A stretch of 64,000 nucleotides of DNA, from NCBI GenBank assembly GCA_017409785.1, contig JAFQSD010000004.1, forward strand, positions 48,663-112,662. Reading direction: 5' to 3'. The translations under genes were made by a program, and so were the position numbers. Positions 1-10,125 of this stretch are shown piece after piece. Below the pieces are notes generated by a model, which did not search any database, was not told where the DNA came from, and saw only the letters and a list, made by a program, of their open reading frames with translations. The first letter of the stretch is position 1; each line of letters begins with the position of its first letter. Source of the stretch: Bacilli bacterium. Lineage in GTDB: Bacteria; Bacillota_I; Bacilli_A; RF39; UBA660.

Positions 1-2
1 CT

Positions 3-863
3 TTATTAATTCTTTCTTCCACGCTTCTTATCTGGCAAGGCCATGTTAAATTAGTATTTGGAGATTTAGCCTTACATTCAAAACATTCCTTAAGTTCTGA
101 TAATGTAATTCTTTCATTACGTACAAAAGGCTGGGATAAAATATTTGAACTAATTAAGGCTTATGCCTTACATTTCTTTACGTTCAAAGATAATATAACA
201 AATATTTTTATGTTGATAATAAATGCAGTCTTACTATTATTTTCAGTTACAGAAAAAGATAAAAAAGAACGTAAAAATATTCTTTTATTAACAGGAACTA
301 TGGATATTTTATATTTAATATATTATGGAGTAATAGGAGGAATGTATCTTTTCTCTATGCCATGGGAAGAAGCAATCGTTTTTGCTGGATATGAAAGATA
401 CATGACGACAATAACTCTAATTATAATAGGTATAGTTTTATTATATCTACTAGGTTATAGTGAAAGAAAAAACAATTATAAATTATTAATGATTCCAAGT
501 ATTATATTAATGTTAATACCATTATTTATTTTTAAAGGTAATACTAATGCTCTAATGGGGCAAGATTGGTATCAAGGTACAAAAGTAAATAGATATGATA
601 TGATTTTAGAAGAGTACAATATTAAGAAAACAACAGCCACATATTATATTTATTCACCATCTTCTAAAGATGATTTTAGTTACTTACATTTTGTATCTAA
701 ATATAAATTAAATAGTGGTAACGTAGAAATGATTTATTCTAAAGAAGACTTAAATTTAACAAATCCAGGGATTTTAATATTCTTTGATGAAGATAAAGAA
801 TTAATGAAAGAAGCCAAAGAAAAAGGTTGGATTAATAAAACAGAATTAATATATGAAAAATAG
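3..863 (+). CDS. polytopic membrane protein, N-terminus outside the window (polysaccharide-locus associated, function unknown)
   Basis: Frame 3 is open from nt 3 (LLILSSTLLIWQGHVKLVFGDLALH...) straight into ORF-track ORF 210..863, so the Met at 210 is probably internal. It has several hydrophobic helices followed by a soluble tail. The next gene starts 14 nt downstream. Confidence 0.5.
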   Translation, partial: LLILSSTLLIWQGHVKLVFGDLALHSKHSLSSDNVILSLRTKGWDKIFELIKAYALHFFTFKDNITNIFMLIINAVLLLFSVTEKDKKERKNILLLTGTMDILYLIYYGVIGGMYLFSMPWEEAIVFAGYERYMTTITLIIIGIVLLYLLGYSERKNNYKLLMIPSIILMLIPLFIFKGNTNALMGQDWYQGTKVNRYDMILEEYNIKKTTATYYIYSPSSKDDFSYLHFVSKYKLNSGNVEMIYSKEDLNLTNPGILIFFDEDKELMKEAKEKGWINKTELIYEK

Positions 864-877
864 AAATAGGTGATAAA

Positions 878-2158
878 ATGCATAAATATATAAAAGAAAA
901 TATTAGTAAATTATTAACAATATTTATCCTATTACAACCAGTCTTAGACTTAATCACAGGAGTTTGTGTTAATTTATTAAATATTAATATTACATTAGGT
1001 ATAATAATAAGAATTCTATTTCTTGGATTATTAATGTATACAACAGTATTTATTTACAAGAAAAAGTTTTCTTTATATACATATTTGGCTTTAGCCATAT
1101 ATTCAATATTATATTTAATAGGTATTATAATTTATAAAGATGGAGTAGTATTCTATGAACTACAAGGATTATTAAAAGCTATATACTTTCCAATTGTATT
1201 AGTATCTTTATATGATTTAAAAGATGAATATCAAGTATCAAAACAAACTTTATTTAAAACATTATTTATTTACTTAGTATTAATATTAATTCCAAATGCT
1301 TTAGGTTTAGGATTTGAAAGTTATAAAATAACAAAATCCGGAAGTTTAGGATTCTTTAATGCAGCAAATGAAATAAGTGGAATTATTTCTTTATTAACAC
1401 CAATTATGTTTTTAATAATAAAAGATTTAAAAAATAAAATATTAAAAGTTGTTTATGTATTAATCTATTTAATTGTAATATTAACAATAGGAACAAAAAC
1501 TCCTTTATTAACTTTATTAATTACAATAGGATTTACATATCTTTATTATATGATTCATTGTATAAAGAAAAAAACATATAAACCATTAGCAATAACAGGT
1601 ATAGCAATAGTAGTTGCCTTAAGTAGTTTATTATTAATTCTTCCAAAAACAAACTTTTATAAAAATATAAAAGTTCACTTAGACTATTTAGAAGTTGATA
1701 ATGTTTTTGAAATATTTCAAGAATACGAATTAGTTGATCACTTCATTTTTAGTCAACGTCTAACATTTCTAGATAACAAAAGTATCGACTATATAGAATC
1801 ATCAACATATGAAAAAATCTTTGGTATAGGTTATACTGAAAAAGGAGAACAAACAAAACTAATAGAAATGGATTATTTTGATATCTTCTTTAGTCATGGT
1901 ATTGTAGGTGCCATAATTATAATAGGAATATATCTATATATTTTATATAAAGTTCTATCTACCGATAGAAAAATAGATTTTGAAAACTATATGGTAAAAT
2001 TAAGTATTTTCTTAATACTACTTTTATCATTCTTTACTGGACATATCATAACAGCCCCAGCTGTATCCATAATTGCTGTAATATTAATATTAGATAATAT
2101 GAAAGTTCCAAAATTAAAGAAAAAAGGCAAGAAGAAAAAAATAAAAGAGGTGATATAA
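878..2158 (+). CDS. O-antigen ligase/polymerase (Wzy_C-like) family membrane protein
   Basis: 426 aa with about 10 or more TM helices. A central loop precedes TIGTKTPLLTLLITIGF. The late motif IEMDYFDIFFSHGIVG resembles the H-N-x-x-L...E-x-G-x-x-G end of Wzy_C proteins. RBS is aggtga. Confidence 0.6.
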   Translation: MHKYIKENISKLLTIFILLQPVLDLITGVCVNLLNINITLGIIIRILFLGLLMYTTVFIYKKKFSLYTYLALAIYSILYLIGIIIYKDGVVFYELQGLLKAIYFPIVLVSLYDLKDEYQVSKQTLFKTLFIYLVLILIPNALGLGFESYKITKSGSLGFFNAANEISGIISLLTPIMFLIIKDLKNKILKVVYVLIYLIVILTIGTKTPLLTLLITIGFTYLYYMIHCIKKKTYKPLAITGIAIVVALSSLLLILPKTNFYKNIKVHLDYLEVDNVFEIFQEYELVDHFIFSQRLTFLDNKSIDYIESSTYEKIFGIGYTEKGEQTKLIEMDYFDIFFSHGIVGAIIIIGIYLYILYKVLSTDRKIDFENYMVKLSIFLILLLSFFTGHIITAPAVSIIAVILILDNMKVPKLKKKGKKKKIKEVI

Positions 2159-3078
2159 TGCCAAAATTTAGTATTATCATTCCTGTCCATAATGTAGAAA
2201 AGTATTTAAAAAAATGCTTAGATAGCGTTATGAGCCAAACATATAAAAATTATGAAGTAATTGTTATTGATGATGGTTCAACTGATGATAGTAAAAAGAT
2301 TGCTAAAAAATATAAAGTAAATCTAATTGAAACAGAATTTGTTGGAGTAAGTGAAGCCAGAAATATGGCTATCAAAAAAGCTAAAGGTGATTACCTAGTA
2401 TTCTTAGATAGTGACGACTGGTGGGATGAAGAACTTTTAGAAAAACTAAATGAAAGTAGCGAAAATAATCCTGATTTAATTCGTTATCAAATGCGAACTG
2501 TAACTGATCAAGGAGAAATACATGATTATGAAGAGGAACCATTTGAAGGAAAAAAAGGAGAAGAAGCTTTCGAACTAGTAACTAAATTTCATTATGTAGA
2601 TGCAGCTTGCTGTTACGCTATAAAAAGAAGTTATTACGAAAAAGAAAACTTCAAATTTGCTAAAGGTAGAATTCACGAAGACTATGGCTTAATGCCATTA
2701 CTAATCATTAAAGCTAAAAAAGTAAATTGTCTTTCATATGTTGGATATAATTATTTCAGAAGAAGTGGAAGTATCATGACAAATGAAAATTATGATTGGA
2801 CAAAGAAAAAAGTAGAAGACTTTTTCTATCACTACAAATTTTTAATTAGTGAAATTAATAAAACAAAAGTTAATAGTAAATGTTTTAAAAGTTTTGCAGC
2901 TAACAGTATGATTTTAAAAATTTGTTCATTAAAAGGAAAAGATTATAAAAACTATAAAAAAGAGTTAAAAAAAGAAAAAGTATTTGATAATATTTTAACT
3001 GATACAACAGCAAGAAAAATAAAGAAAGTATTACTTCAAATATCACCAAAGTTATATTATAAAACTTTAGGAAAGTAG
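2158..3078 (+). CDS. family 2 glycosyltransferase
   Basis: N-terminus FSIIIPVHNVEKYLKKCLDSVMSQTYKNYEVIVIDDGSTDDS and the LDSDDWW (DxD) motif. The start overlaps the previous stop (ATAATG). Confidence 0.9.
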   Translation: MPKFSIIIPVHNVEKYLKKCLDSVMSQTYKNYEVIVIDDGSTDDSKKIAKKYKVNLIETEFVGVSEARNMAIKKAKGDYLVFLDSDDWWDEELLEKLNESSENNPDLIRYQMRTVTDQGEIHDYEEEPFEGKKGEEAFELVTKFHYVDAACCYAIKRSYYEKENFKFAKGRIHEDYGLMPLLIIKAKKVNCLSYVGYNYFRRSGSIMTNENYDWTKKKVEDFFYHYKFLISEINKTKVNSKCFKSFAANSMILKICSLKGKDYKNYKKELKKEKVFDNILTDTTARKIKKVLLQISPKLYYKTLGK

Positions 3079-3086
3079 GTGCTAAA

Positions 3087-4043
3087 ATGGCAGATATAAG
3101 TATAATAGTTCCAATCTATAATGCAGAAAAATTTATAAAAAAATGTGTTGATTCATTACTAAACCAAACAAAGAAAGAATTAGAATTCATTTTAATTAAT
3201 GATGGTTCTACAGATAAGACTCATGATATTTTAAAAACATATAAAGATAAAAGAATAAAATATTTTAAAAATAAAAATCAAGGAATTGGTAAAACAAGAA
3301 ACTTTGGTATTGAAAAAGCAACTGGAAAATATATTATCTTTATCGATAGTGATGATTATATTGAACCAACAACATGTGAAGAACTATATAATAAAGCTAT
3401 TAAAGAAAAAGCTGACGTAGTAGTTTGTGATTTCTTTAAAGTCTATGATGATGGAAGTATTGAAGATATTAATCTACCAAGTTTTAAAACATCAAAATTA
3501 AAAGATAATCCAAATATTTTAATAGATATTAACTTATCTCCTTGGAATAAAATTTATAGTACAAAACTAATTAAAGATAATAATATTCGTTTTGCTGAAG
3601 GAATAAAATATGAAGATGTTCCATTTGTTTCAGAAGCTCTTGATAGAGCAAATAAAATAGCTAAACTAGATAAGAAATTAAATTATTATGTAATCCATGG
3701 TAATAGTGAAACAACAGTAAGAGATAAAAGAATCTTTGATATTCTAAAAATAGTTGATATGATTAGAAAGTATTTTAAAAATAAAACTTATATGAATGAT
3801 ATTGTAGATAAACTAACAGTTAGAATTGTAACTAATTATAATATCCAACAAAGACAACAAAAAGATATTAAAGTGGGTATGGAATTTATTGATGATGCTT
3901 TTGCTTATTTAAAGAAAGAAGTACCAGACTATAAAGATAATAAATACTATGAAAATAGAAGTTTTTTAAAACGAACAATTGAAAAAAATAAACTATTTTC
4001 AAAACTATATTGTCGTCTATATCACATGATTAAAAAATCATAA
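3087..4043 (+). CDS. family 2 glycosyltransferase
   Basis: ISIIVPIYNAEKFIKKCVDSLLNQT...ILINDGSTDKT and the IDSDDY (DxD) motif. Confidence 0.9.
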   Translation: MADISIIVPIYNAEKFIKKCVDSLLNQTKKELEFILINDGSTDKTHDILKTYKDKRIKYFKNKNQGIGKTRNFGIEKATGKYIIFIDSDDYIEPTTCEELYNKAIKEKADVVVCDFFKVYDDGSIEDINLPSFKTSKLKDNPNILIDINLSPWNKIYSTKLIKDNNIRFAEGIKYEDVPFVSEALDRANKIAKLDKKLNYYVIHGNSETTVRDKRIFDILKIVDMIRKYFKNKTYMNDIVDKLTVRIVTNYNIQQRQQKDIKVGMEFIDDAFAYLKKEVPDYKDNKYYENRSFLKRTIEKNKLFSKLYCRLYHMIKKS

Positions 4044-4077
4044 GGTTATAAATTAAAATTTATAGCCTTTTTTTGTT
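4044..4077 (+). terminator. intrinsic terminator after the first glycosyltransferase block
   Basis: Hairpin ggttataaat-taaa-atttatagcc followed by a T7 run. Confidence 0.6.
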
Positions 4078-4202
4078 GAAAAATAAGCCAAAAGTTTTAC
4101 AAACATTTTTAGATATGTTAAAATTAAATTGTCTATTATCGATAATTCGTACAAAGGTAAAACTAAGATAATAGTTTTAAATTAGGGAAAGAGGTAGAAA
4201 AA

Positions 4203-5210
4203 ATGAAAAAAGACATATTTAAAGACAAGGTATTATTAATTACAGGAGGTACAGGATCATTTGGTAATGCTGTTTTAAGAAGATTCTTAGACAGTAGTTT
4301 AAAAGAAATTAGAATTTTCTCAAGAGATGAAAAGAAACAAGAAGATATGAGAATTCAATATAATAATGAAAAATTAAAATTCTATATCGGAGATGTTAGA
4401 AACTATAGAAGTATTGAAGATGCAATGGATGGAGTAGACTATGTATTCCATGCAGCAGCGTTAAAACAAGTTCCATCATGTGAATTCTTTCCAATTCAAG
4501 CAGTTGAAACAAACATTTTAGGAACAAACAATGTATTAGAAGCAGCAATTAATCACAATGTTAAAAAAGTTATCGTACTAAGTACAGATAAAGCAGCATA
4601 TCCAATCAATGCTATGGGTATGAGTAAAGCATTAATGGAAAAAGTAGCTGTAGCAAAAGGTAGAAACCTAAGAGATGACCAAACAGTTATTTGTAGAACA
4701 AGATATGGAAATGTTATGGCATCACGTGGTTCAGTAATTCCACTATTCTGTGACCAAATTGCTCAAGGAAAACCGCTAACAATTACAAATCCAGAAATGA
4801 CAAGATTTATGATGACTTTAGAAGATGCTGTAGACTTAGTAATTTACGCATTTGAAAATGGTAATCAAGGAGACTTATTCGTACAAAAAGCACCAGCTGC
4901 TACAATTGATGTATTAGCTCAAGCAGTAAAAGAATTAAAAAATTCAGATGCTCCAATTCAACATATTGGTTCACGTCATGGTGAAAAACTATATGAAGTA
5001 TTAGTAACTAAAGAAGAAATGATTGGTGCAGAAGATTTAGGAGATTATTTCAGAATCCCTGCTGATAACAGAAACTTAAATTACGCTAAATATGAAAACA
5101 ACGGAGATAAAAAGCTAGATACAGTTGAAGAATATAATTCACACAATACTAAGAGATTAGATGTTGAAGGAATGAAAAAACTATTATTAAAATTAGATTT
5201 ATTTAAGTAG
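4203..5210 (+). CDS. capE: UDP-N-acetylglucosamine 4,6-dehydratase/5-epimerase (CapE/FnlA type)
   Basis: Near-colinear with S. aureus Cap5E as I recall it: KVLLITGGTGSFGNAVLRRFLDSSLKEIRIFSRDEKKQ, VFHAAALKQVPSCEFFP, LSTDKAAYPINAMGMSKA, RYGNVMASRGSVIPLF. Confidence 0.9.
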   Translation: MKKDIFKDKVLLITGGTGSFGNAVLRRFLDSSLKEIRIFSRDEKKQEDMRIQYNNEKLKFYIGDVRNYRSIEDAMDGVDYVFHAAALKQVPSCEFFPIQAVETNILGTNNVLEAAINHNVKKVIVLSTDKAAYPINAMGMSKALMEKVAVAKGRNLRDDQTVICRTRYGNVMASRGSVIPLFCDQIAQGKPLTITNPEMTRFMMTLEDAVDLVIYAFENGNQGDLFVQKAPAATIDVLAQAVKELKNSDAPIQHIGSRHGEKLYEVLVTKEEMIGAEDLGDYFRIPADNRNLNYAKYENNGDKKLDTVEEYNSHNTKRLDVEGMKKLLLKLDLFK

Positions 5211-5217
5211 GTGAAAT

Positions 5218-6318
5218 ATGAAAGTACTAATTACTGGTTCTAATGGATTTATTGGAAAAAACTTAAGAACACATTTACAAGAAAAAGAAAATATTGAAAT
5301 CATCACTTATGATATTGATGATACATTTGAAAAGATTGAAAAAAATATTGATGACATTGAATTTATCTTCCATCTTGCTGGAGTAAATCGTCCTCAAACA
5401 CCAGAAGAGTTCTATCAAGGAAACTCTGATCTTACAAAGAAAATAGTAGATTTAATAAAAGATAAAAATATTCCATTATTAGTAACATCAACTATTCATG
5501 CAGATAAAGACAATGATTATGGAAAAAGCAAGAAAATTGCCGAAGAATATATTAAAGAAAATCTAAAGAATTATTATATTTATAGACTACATAATGTATT
5601 TGGAAAATGGTGTAGACCAAACTACAATTCTGTAGTTGCAACTTTCTGTCATAATATTGCAAATGATTTAGAAATTACAATTAATGATGAATCAACTGCT
5701 CTAGACTTAATTTATATTGATGATATTTGCTATGAATTCGAAAGATTATTAGCAGGTGAGAAACCTGGAGAAAAAGTAAAAGGAATTTGCTATATTAATC
5801 CACGTTACAATGTAACACTTGGATATATTGCAAAAAGATTATATGAATTCAAAGATAGTATGAATTCAATTTATGTTCCAAATACTGGGGATGACTTTAC
5901 TAAAAAGTTATATTCAACATATATTAGTTATTTACCAATGGAGAAAACTTATTGTTCAGCAACAAAGAATGTTGATGAAAGAGGAAGCTTTACAGAATTA
6001 GTAAGAACTAATGAATGTGGACAATTCTCAGTTTCATTTAGTAAACCAGGAATAGTAAGAGGAAATCACTATCACCATACAAAACTAGAAAGATTTATTG
6101 TTATTAAAGGAAAAGCAAAAATTGGTTTTAGAAGTGTAGTAGATGGATCATATTATGAATTTATCGTTGATGATTCAGACATCAAAGTAGTAACAATTCC
6201 AGTAGGATACACACACAATATTGAAAATATTGGTGATGACGAAATGATTTTAGCAATCTGGTGTAATGAATTATTTGATAAAGAAAAACCAGACACATAC
6301 TTTAAACCAGTAGCATAA
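5218..6318 (+). CDS. capF: UDP-2-acetamido-2,6-dideoxy-hexose reductase/epimerase (CapF/FnlB type, SDR N-domain plus cupin C-domain)
   Basis: MKVLITGSNGFIGKNL Rossmann start. The C-terminal cupin-like region has RGNHYHHTK...GYTHNIENIG. It sits between capE and capG homologs. Confidence 0.85.
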   Translation: MKVLITGSNGFIGKNLRTHLQEKENIEIITYDIDDTFEKIEKNIDDIEFIFHLAGVNRPQTPEEFYQGNSDLTKKIVDLIKDKNIPLLVTSTIHADKDNDYGKSKKIAEEYIKENLKNYYIYRLHNVFGKWCRPNYNSVVATFCHNIANDLEITINDESTALDLIYIDDICYEFERLLAGEKPGEKVKGICYINPRYNVTLGYIAKRLYEFKDSMNSIYVPNTGDDFTKKLYSTYISYLPMEKTYCSATKNVDERGSFTELVRTNECGQFSVSFSKPGIVRGNHYHHTKLERFIVIKGKAKIGFRSVVDGSYYEFIVDDSDIKVVTIPVGYTHNIENIGDDEMILAIWCNELFDKEKPDTYFKPVA

Positions 6319-6333
6319 CAGTAAAAAAGGAGA

Positions 6334-7461
6334 ATGAACATGGAAAAATTAAAAGTAATGGTTGTTGTAGGAACAAGACCAGAAATTATCAGATTATCAG
6401 AAGTAATCAAAGCAATTGATAAGTATTTTAATCTAGTATTAGTTCATACAGGACAAAACTATGATTATACACTTAATGAAATTTTCTTTAAAGAATTTGG
6501 TTTAAGAAAACCAGATTATTATCTAGATGCTCCTGGTAAGCATTTAGGAGAAACAGTAGGAAATATTATTTCTAAAACTTATGAAGTTATTCAACAAGAA
6601 AAACCAGATGCATTATTAGTATTAGGAGATACAAATAGTTGTTTAGCAGCATATTCTGCAAAAAGATTAAAAGTACCTATATTCCATATGGAAGCTGGTA
6701 ACAGATGTTTTGACTTTAATGTTCCAGAAGAAATTAATAGAAGAGTAGTTGATCATGTAAGTGATGTTAACTTAGCTTACACAGAAAATGCTAGACGTTA
6801 CTTAATTAATGAAGGAATTAAAAATGACTTCTTATATGTAACTGGTTCACCAATGAAAGAAGTTTTATTCAAGAATATGGATGGAATCAAAGCTTCAACT
6901 GCTTTAAAAGACTTAGGAATTGAAAAAGGAAAATACTTTGTAGTAAGTGCTCACAGAGAAGAAAATGTTGATATTCCTAAAAACTTCGAAAGTTTAATGA
7001 ATAGTTTAAATAAAGTTGCAGAAACATATCAAATGCCAATTATTTTCTCAACACATCCAAGAACTGCAAAGAGAATCAAGGAAAGTAAAATTAAACTTAA
7101 TCCATTAATCAGAAACTTAGAACCACTTGGATTCTTTGATTATGTAAATCTTCAAATGAATGCATATTGCGTACTTTCAGATAGTGGAACAATTCCAGAA
7201 GAAAGCGACATTTTAAACTTCCCTGGTATTTCAATGAGAACAAGTACTGAAAGACCAGAAGCATTAGATGCTGGAAGTATTGTACTAGGTGGTATTAATG
7301 AAAGAGACATTCTAAATGCAATTGAACTAGCAGTAAATGCTAAAGAAGAAAGATCAGAAAACCTAGTTAGAGATTATAAAGATACAAACGTATCACTAAA
7401 AGTAGTTAAAATCATTCAAAGCTACTATAATATCGTAAATATCAGAACATGGAAAAAATAA
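6334..7461 (+). CDS. capG: UDP-N-acetylglucosamine 2-epimerase, non-hydrolysing (CapG/FnlC type)
   Basis: VMVVVGTRPEIIRLSEVI, HTGQNYDY, VLGDTNS, HMEAGNRCFD, SDSGTIPEE. An alternative start exists at 6340. Confidence 0.9.
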   Translation: MNMEKLKVMVVVGTRPEIIRLSEVIKAIDKYFNLVLVHTGQNYDYTLNEIFFKEFGLRKPDYYLDAPGKHLGETVGNIISKTYEVIQQEKPDALLVLGDTNSCLAAYSAKRLKVPIFHMEAGNRCFDFNVPEEINRRVVDHVSDVNLAYTENARRYLINEGIKNDFLYVTGSPMKEVLFKNMDGIKASTALKDLGIEKGKYFVVSAHREENVDIPKNFESLMNSLNKVAETYQMPIIFSTHPRTAKRIKESKIKLNPLIRNLEPLGFFDYVNLQMNAYCVLSDSGTIPEESDILNFPGISMRTSTERPEALDAGSIVLGGINERDILNAIELAVNAKEERSENLVRDYKDTNVSLKVVKIIQSYYNIVNIRTWKK

Positions 7462-7484
7462 ATACTAAATAAGCGAGGTACATT

Positions 7485-8534
7485 ATGGGAAAATTAAAAG
7501 ACATTGCAAGAAAAATAAAAAATAAAGTATTTTATGCAAGTAAACAAGACTTAATAGATTCAAATAAACAATACCATGACTATATAAAACTATTAGAAAG
7601 AAAGTTATGGGAAAATAATGTAAATACTAATATTCTACTTTATGAATTACATCTTGCAAAAGGTATAAAAAAAGAAAATTTTAACCCTTTAGTTTCAATA
7701 ATAATACCTGTTTATAATGGAAGTAATTATTTAGAAGAAGCAATTAATTGTGCTTTAAACCAAACATATAAAAATATAGAAATCATAGTTGTAAATGATG
7801 GAAGTACAGATGATGGTAAAAGTAGAAGAATTGCTAAGAAATATTCTAAACAAATAAAATATTATGAGAAAGAAAATGGCGGAGTATCAACCGCCTTAAA
7901 CTATGGAATAAAAAAGATGACAGGCGATTATTTCGCCTGGCTTTCTCATGATGATTTAATCGAACCTAATCACATTGAAAAATTAGTAGAATATGTTTCT
8001 ATCAAAGGAAATGAAAAAACTATTCCATATTCAGCTTTCAAAATAATTGATGAAAATGATGTTATTAGAATTGATGAAACTATGTCAGCACAATTACATT
8101 GTTTTGACTACAAAACATCACTTTTAAAAAATGACTATACATTATTAAAAGGAGAAATAAATGGAGGAAGTGTTTTAATTCCAAAAGAAGCATTTGATAA
8201 ACATGGTTTATTTGCAGAAGACCAACGTATAACACAAGAAAGAGATATGTGGTCAAGACTAATTACAGAATATAAATTTGTATGTATTCCATATGATACT
8301 GCTATGATTAGAACACACTCTCAACAAGTAACAAATACTAATCCCAGAATAAAGATAGAATCTGATCAAAAAAATCTAGAAATTATCAAAGGAATTTCAG
8401 ATGAAAGAATAAAAAAACTAGAAATGAATAAACAATCATTTTATCAAGTTCTAAAAGCTCATTATAAAGAAAATTGTAATTATGAAATGGCTGAAGAAAT
8501 TCAAAAATTAATAGATGAAACAACTAACAATTAA
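7485..8534 (+). CDS. family 2 glycosyltransferase with a ~70-aa helical N-terminal extension
   Basis: VSIIIPVYNGSNYLEEAINCALNQTYKNIEIIVVNDGSTDD, WLSHDD, QQVTNTNP. It is a clear paralog of the N-domain of 10126..11910. Confidence 0.85.
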   Translation: MGKLKDIARKIKNKVFYASKQDLIDSNKQYHDYIKLLERKLWENNVNTNILLYELHLAKGIKKENFNPLVSIIIPVYNGSNYLEEAINCALNQTYKNIEIIVVNDGSTDDGKSRRIAKKYSKQIKYYEKENGGVSTALNYGIKKMTGDYFAWLSHDDLIEPNHIEKLVEYVSIKGNEKTIPYSAFKIIDENDVIRIDETMSAQLHCFDYKTSLLKNDYTLLKGEINGGSVLIPKEAFDKHGLFAEDQRITQERDMWSRLITEYKFVCIPYDTAMIRTHSQQVTNTNPRIKIESDQKNLEIIKGISDERIKKLEMNKQSFYQVLKAHYKENCNYEMAEEIQKLIDETTNN

Positions 8535-8548
8535 ATGGAGGGTTTGAC

Positions 8549-10117
8549 ATGAAAAAAATCAAGGTTCTTGAAGTAAATAACTACGACTTACCTGGAAAAA
8601 GATTTAATGGTTATGATATGATTCAAGATATTGCTGATGAGAATATTGATATAAAACAAGCAGTAATATATAAAGAATCAGATAATAAAAATGTCGTTAA
8701 AATTTTAAATAATCAGAATCATTACATTACTTATGAAACACTTGAAAGTGTTGAAAGAGAACAAGCAATTCATAATGTATTCTCAATTACAACACCATTA
8801 CTACATACAATGAAAGAATATCAAGAAGCAGATATCATTCATTTTCATATGTTTCATAATACAAAGTTATCAATATATGGATTAAAGAAAATTGCTTCAG
8901 AAAAGAAAGTTATTTTATCGATTCATGATCCATGGTTTTTAACAGGACGTTGTGTTCATTTTTATGAATGCAACAAATGGCAAAAAGGTTGTCAAAACTG
9001 CCATAATCTAAATAATATGTTTCCACTATTAAAAGATAATTGTTCCTCACTTTGGAACTTAAAAAAACAAACATTTGCTGATATAGATGTTGACTTAGTA
9101 TGCTCTAGTGATTGGATGCTAGATATGGTTAAATCTTCACCTATATTAAAAAATCAAACTAATCATAAAATTCCTCTAGGAATTGATTATAAAAAATTCT
9201 CATCAATTTCATATAAAGATGCAAGAAAAAAACTAGGTATTGAAGATGAAGAAATAGTTCTATTCTTCAGAGCGCAAAATGAATTTAAAGGAACCCCATA
9301 TATTGTAGAAGCAATGAAAATGCTAAATACAAAAAAGAAGATCACATTAATGACTTGTGATAATGAGGGATTAATAAATGATTTAGAAGGTAAATATAAA
9401 ATCATTGAATTAGGAAAACTAAAAGATAAAGAAATGATTTGTGCTATGAATGCCTGTGATATTTTCTTAATGCCTTCAATAGGAGAAAGTTTTGGTATGA
9501 TGGCTATTGAAGCTATGTCATGTGCTAAACCAGTAATTGTTTTTAATAATTCAGCATTACCTTCAGTAACACATGCACCAAAGTGTGGATATCTTGTAAA
9601 TGATAAAGATTCAACTGATTTAATGAAAGCCATTAAGTATTTATCAGAAAATGAAAAAGAAAGATTATCTCGTGGTAAGTTAGGTCAAAAAATTGTAAAA
9701 GAAGAATATGACATCAACGAGTATAATTCTAAAATAAAAGATTTATATATATCAGTTTCAAAAAGAAAACATAAAGTACCAGAACTACAAAAACTAACTG
9801 AGAATGATAATACAAATAAATTAAAAGCATACTTAAATAAATTAACAATCAGATTATTTGGTAATAATAAAAAAATAACAAAAGGTTTGCTTTATCAAAT
9901 TGATAAAACAAAATTAGATAAAGAACCAATCAAATATGATGATATAAATGTTCATATAATTCTAGAAGACTATATGACTAAATTAGAAAAAATAATAAAT
10001 ACAGAAAAAAACATCGTAAAGAGTAATAGCAAACTTAGAAGAATCGTCTTCTATCTAATACATGATAAACAAGCATTATTAGATAAGTTTTCACAAAGAT
10101 TTAAGAAGAAAGATTGA
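8549..10117 (+). CDS. GT-B fold (family 4-like) glycosyltransferase with a long helical C-terminal tail
   Basis: PSIGESFGMMAIEAMSCAKPVIVF matches the E-x-F-G...EAM signature of GT4 enzymes. About 130 aa of Lys-rich helical C-terminus follow. Confidence 0.75.
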   Translation: MKKIKVLEVNNYDLPGKRFNGYDMIQDIADENIDIKQAVIYKESDNKNVVKILNNQNHYITYETLESVEREQAIHNVFSITTPLLHTMKEYQEADIIHFHMFHNTKLSIYGLKKIASEKKVILSIHDPWFLTGRCVHFYECNKWQKGCQNCHNLNNMFPLLKDNCSSLWNLKKQTFADIDVDLVCSSDWMLDMVKSSPILKNQTNHKIPLGIDYKKFSSISYKDARKKLGIEDEEIVLFFRAQNEFKGTPYIVEAMKMLNTKKKITLMTCDNEGLINDLEGKYKIIELGKLKDKEMICAMNACDIFLMPSIGESFGMMAIEAMSCAKPVIVFNNSALPSVTHAPKCGYLVNDKDSTDLMKAIKYLSENEKERLSRGKLGQKIVKEEYDINEYNSKIKDLYISVSKRKHKVPELQKLTENDNTNKLKAYLNKLTIRLFGNNKKITKGLLYQIDKTKLDKEPIKYDDINVHIILEDYMTKLEKIINTEKNIVKSNSKLRRIVFYLIHDKQALLDKFSQRFKKKD

Positions 10118-10125
10118 GGTAAAGT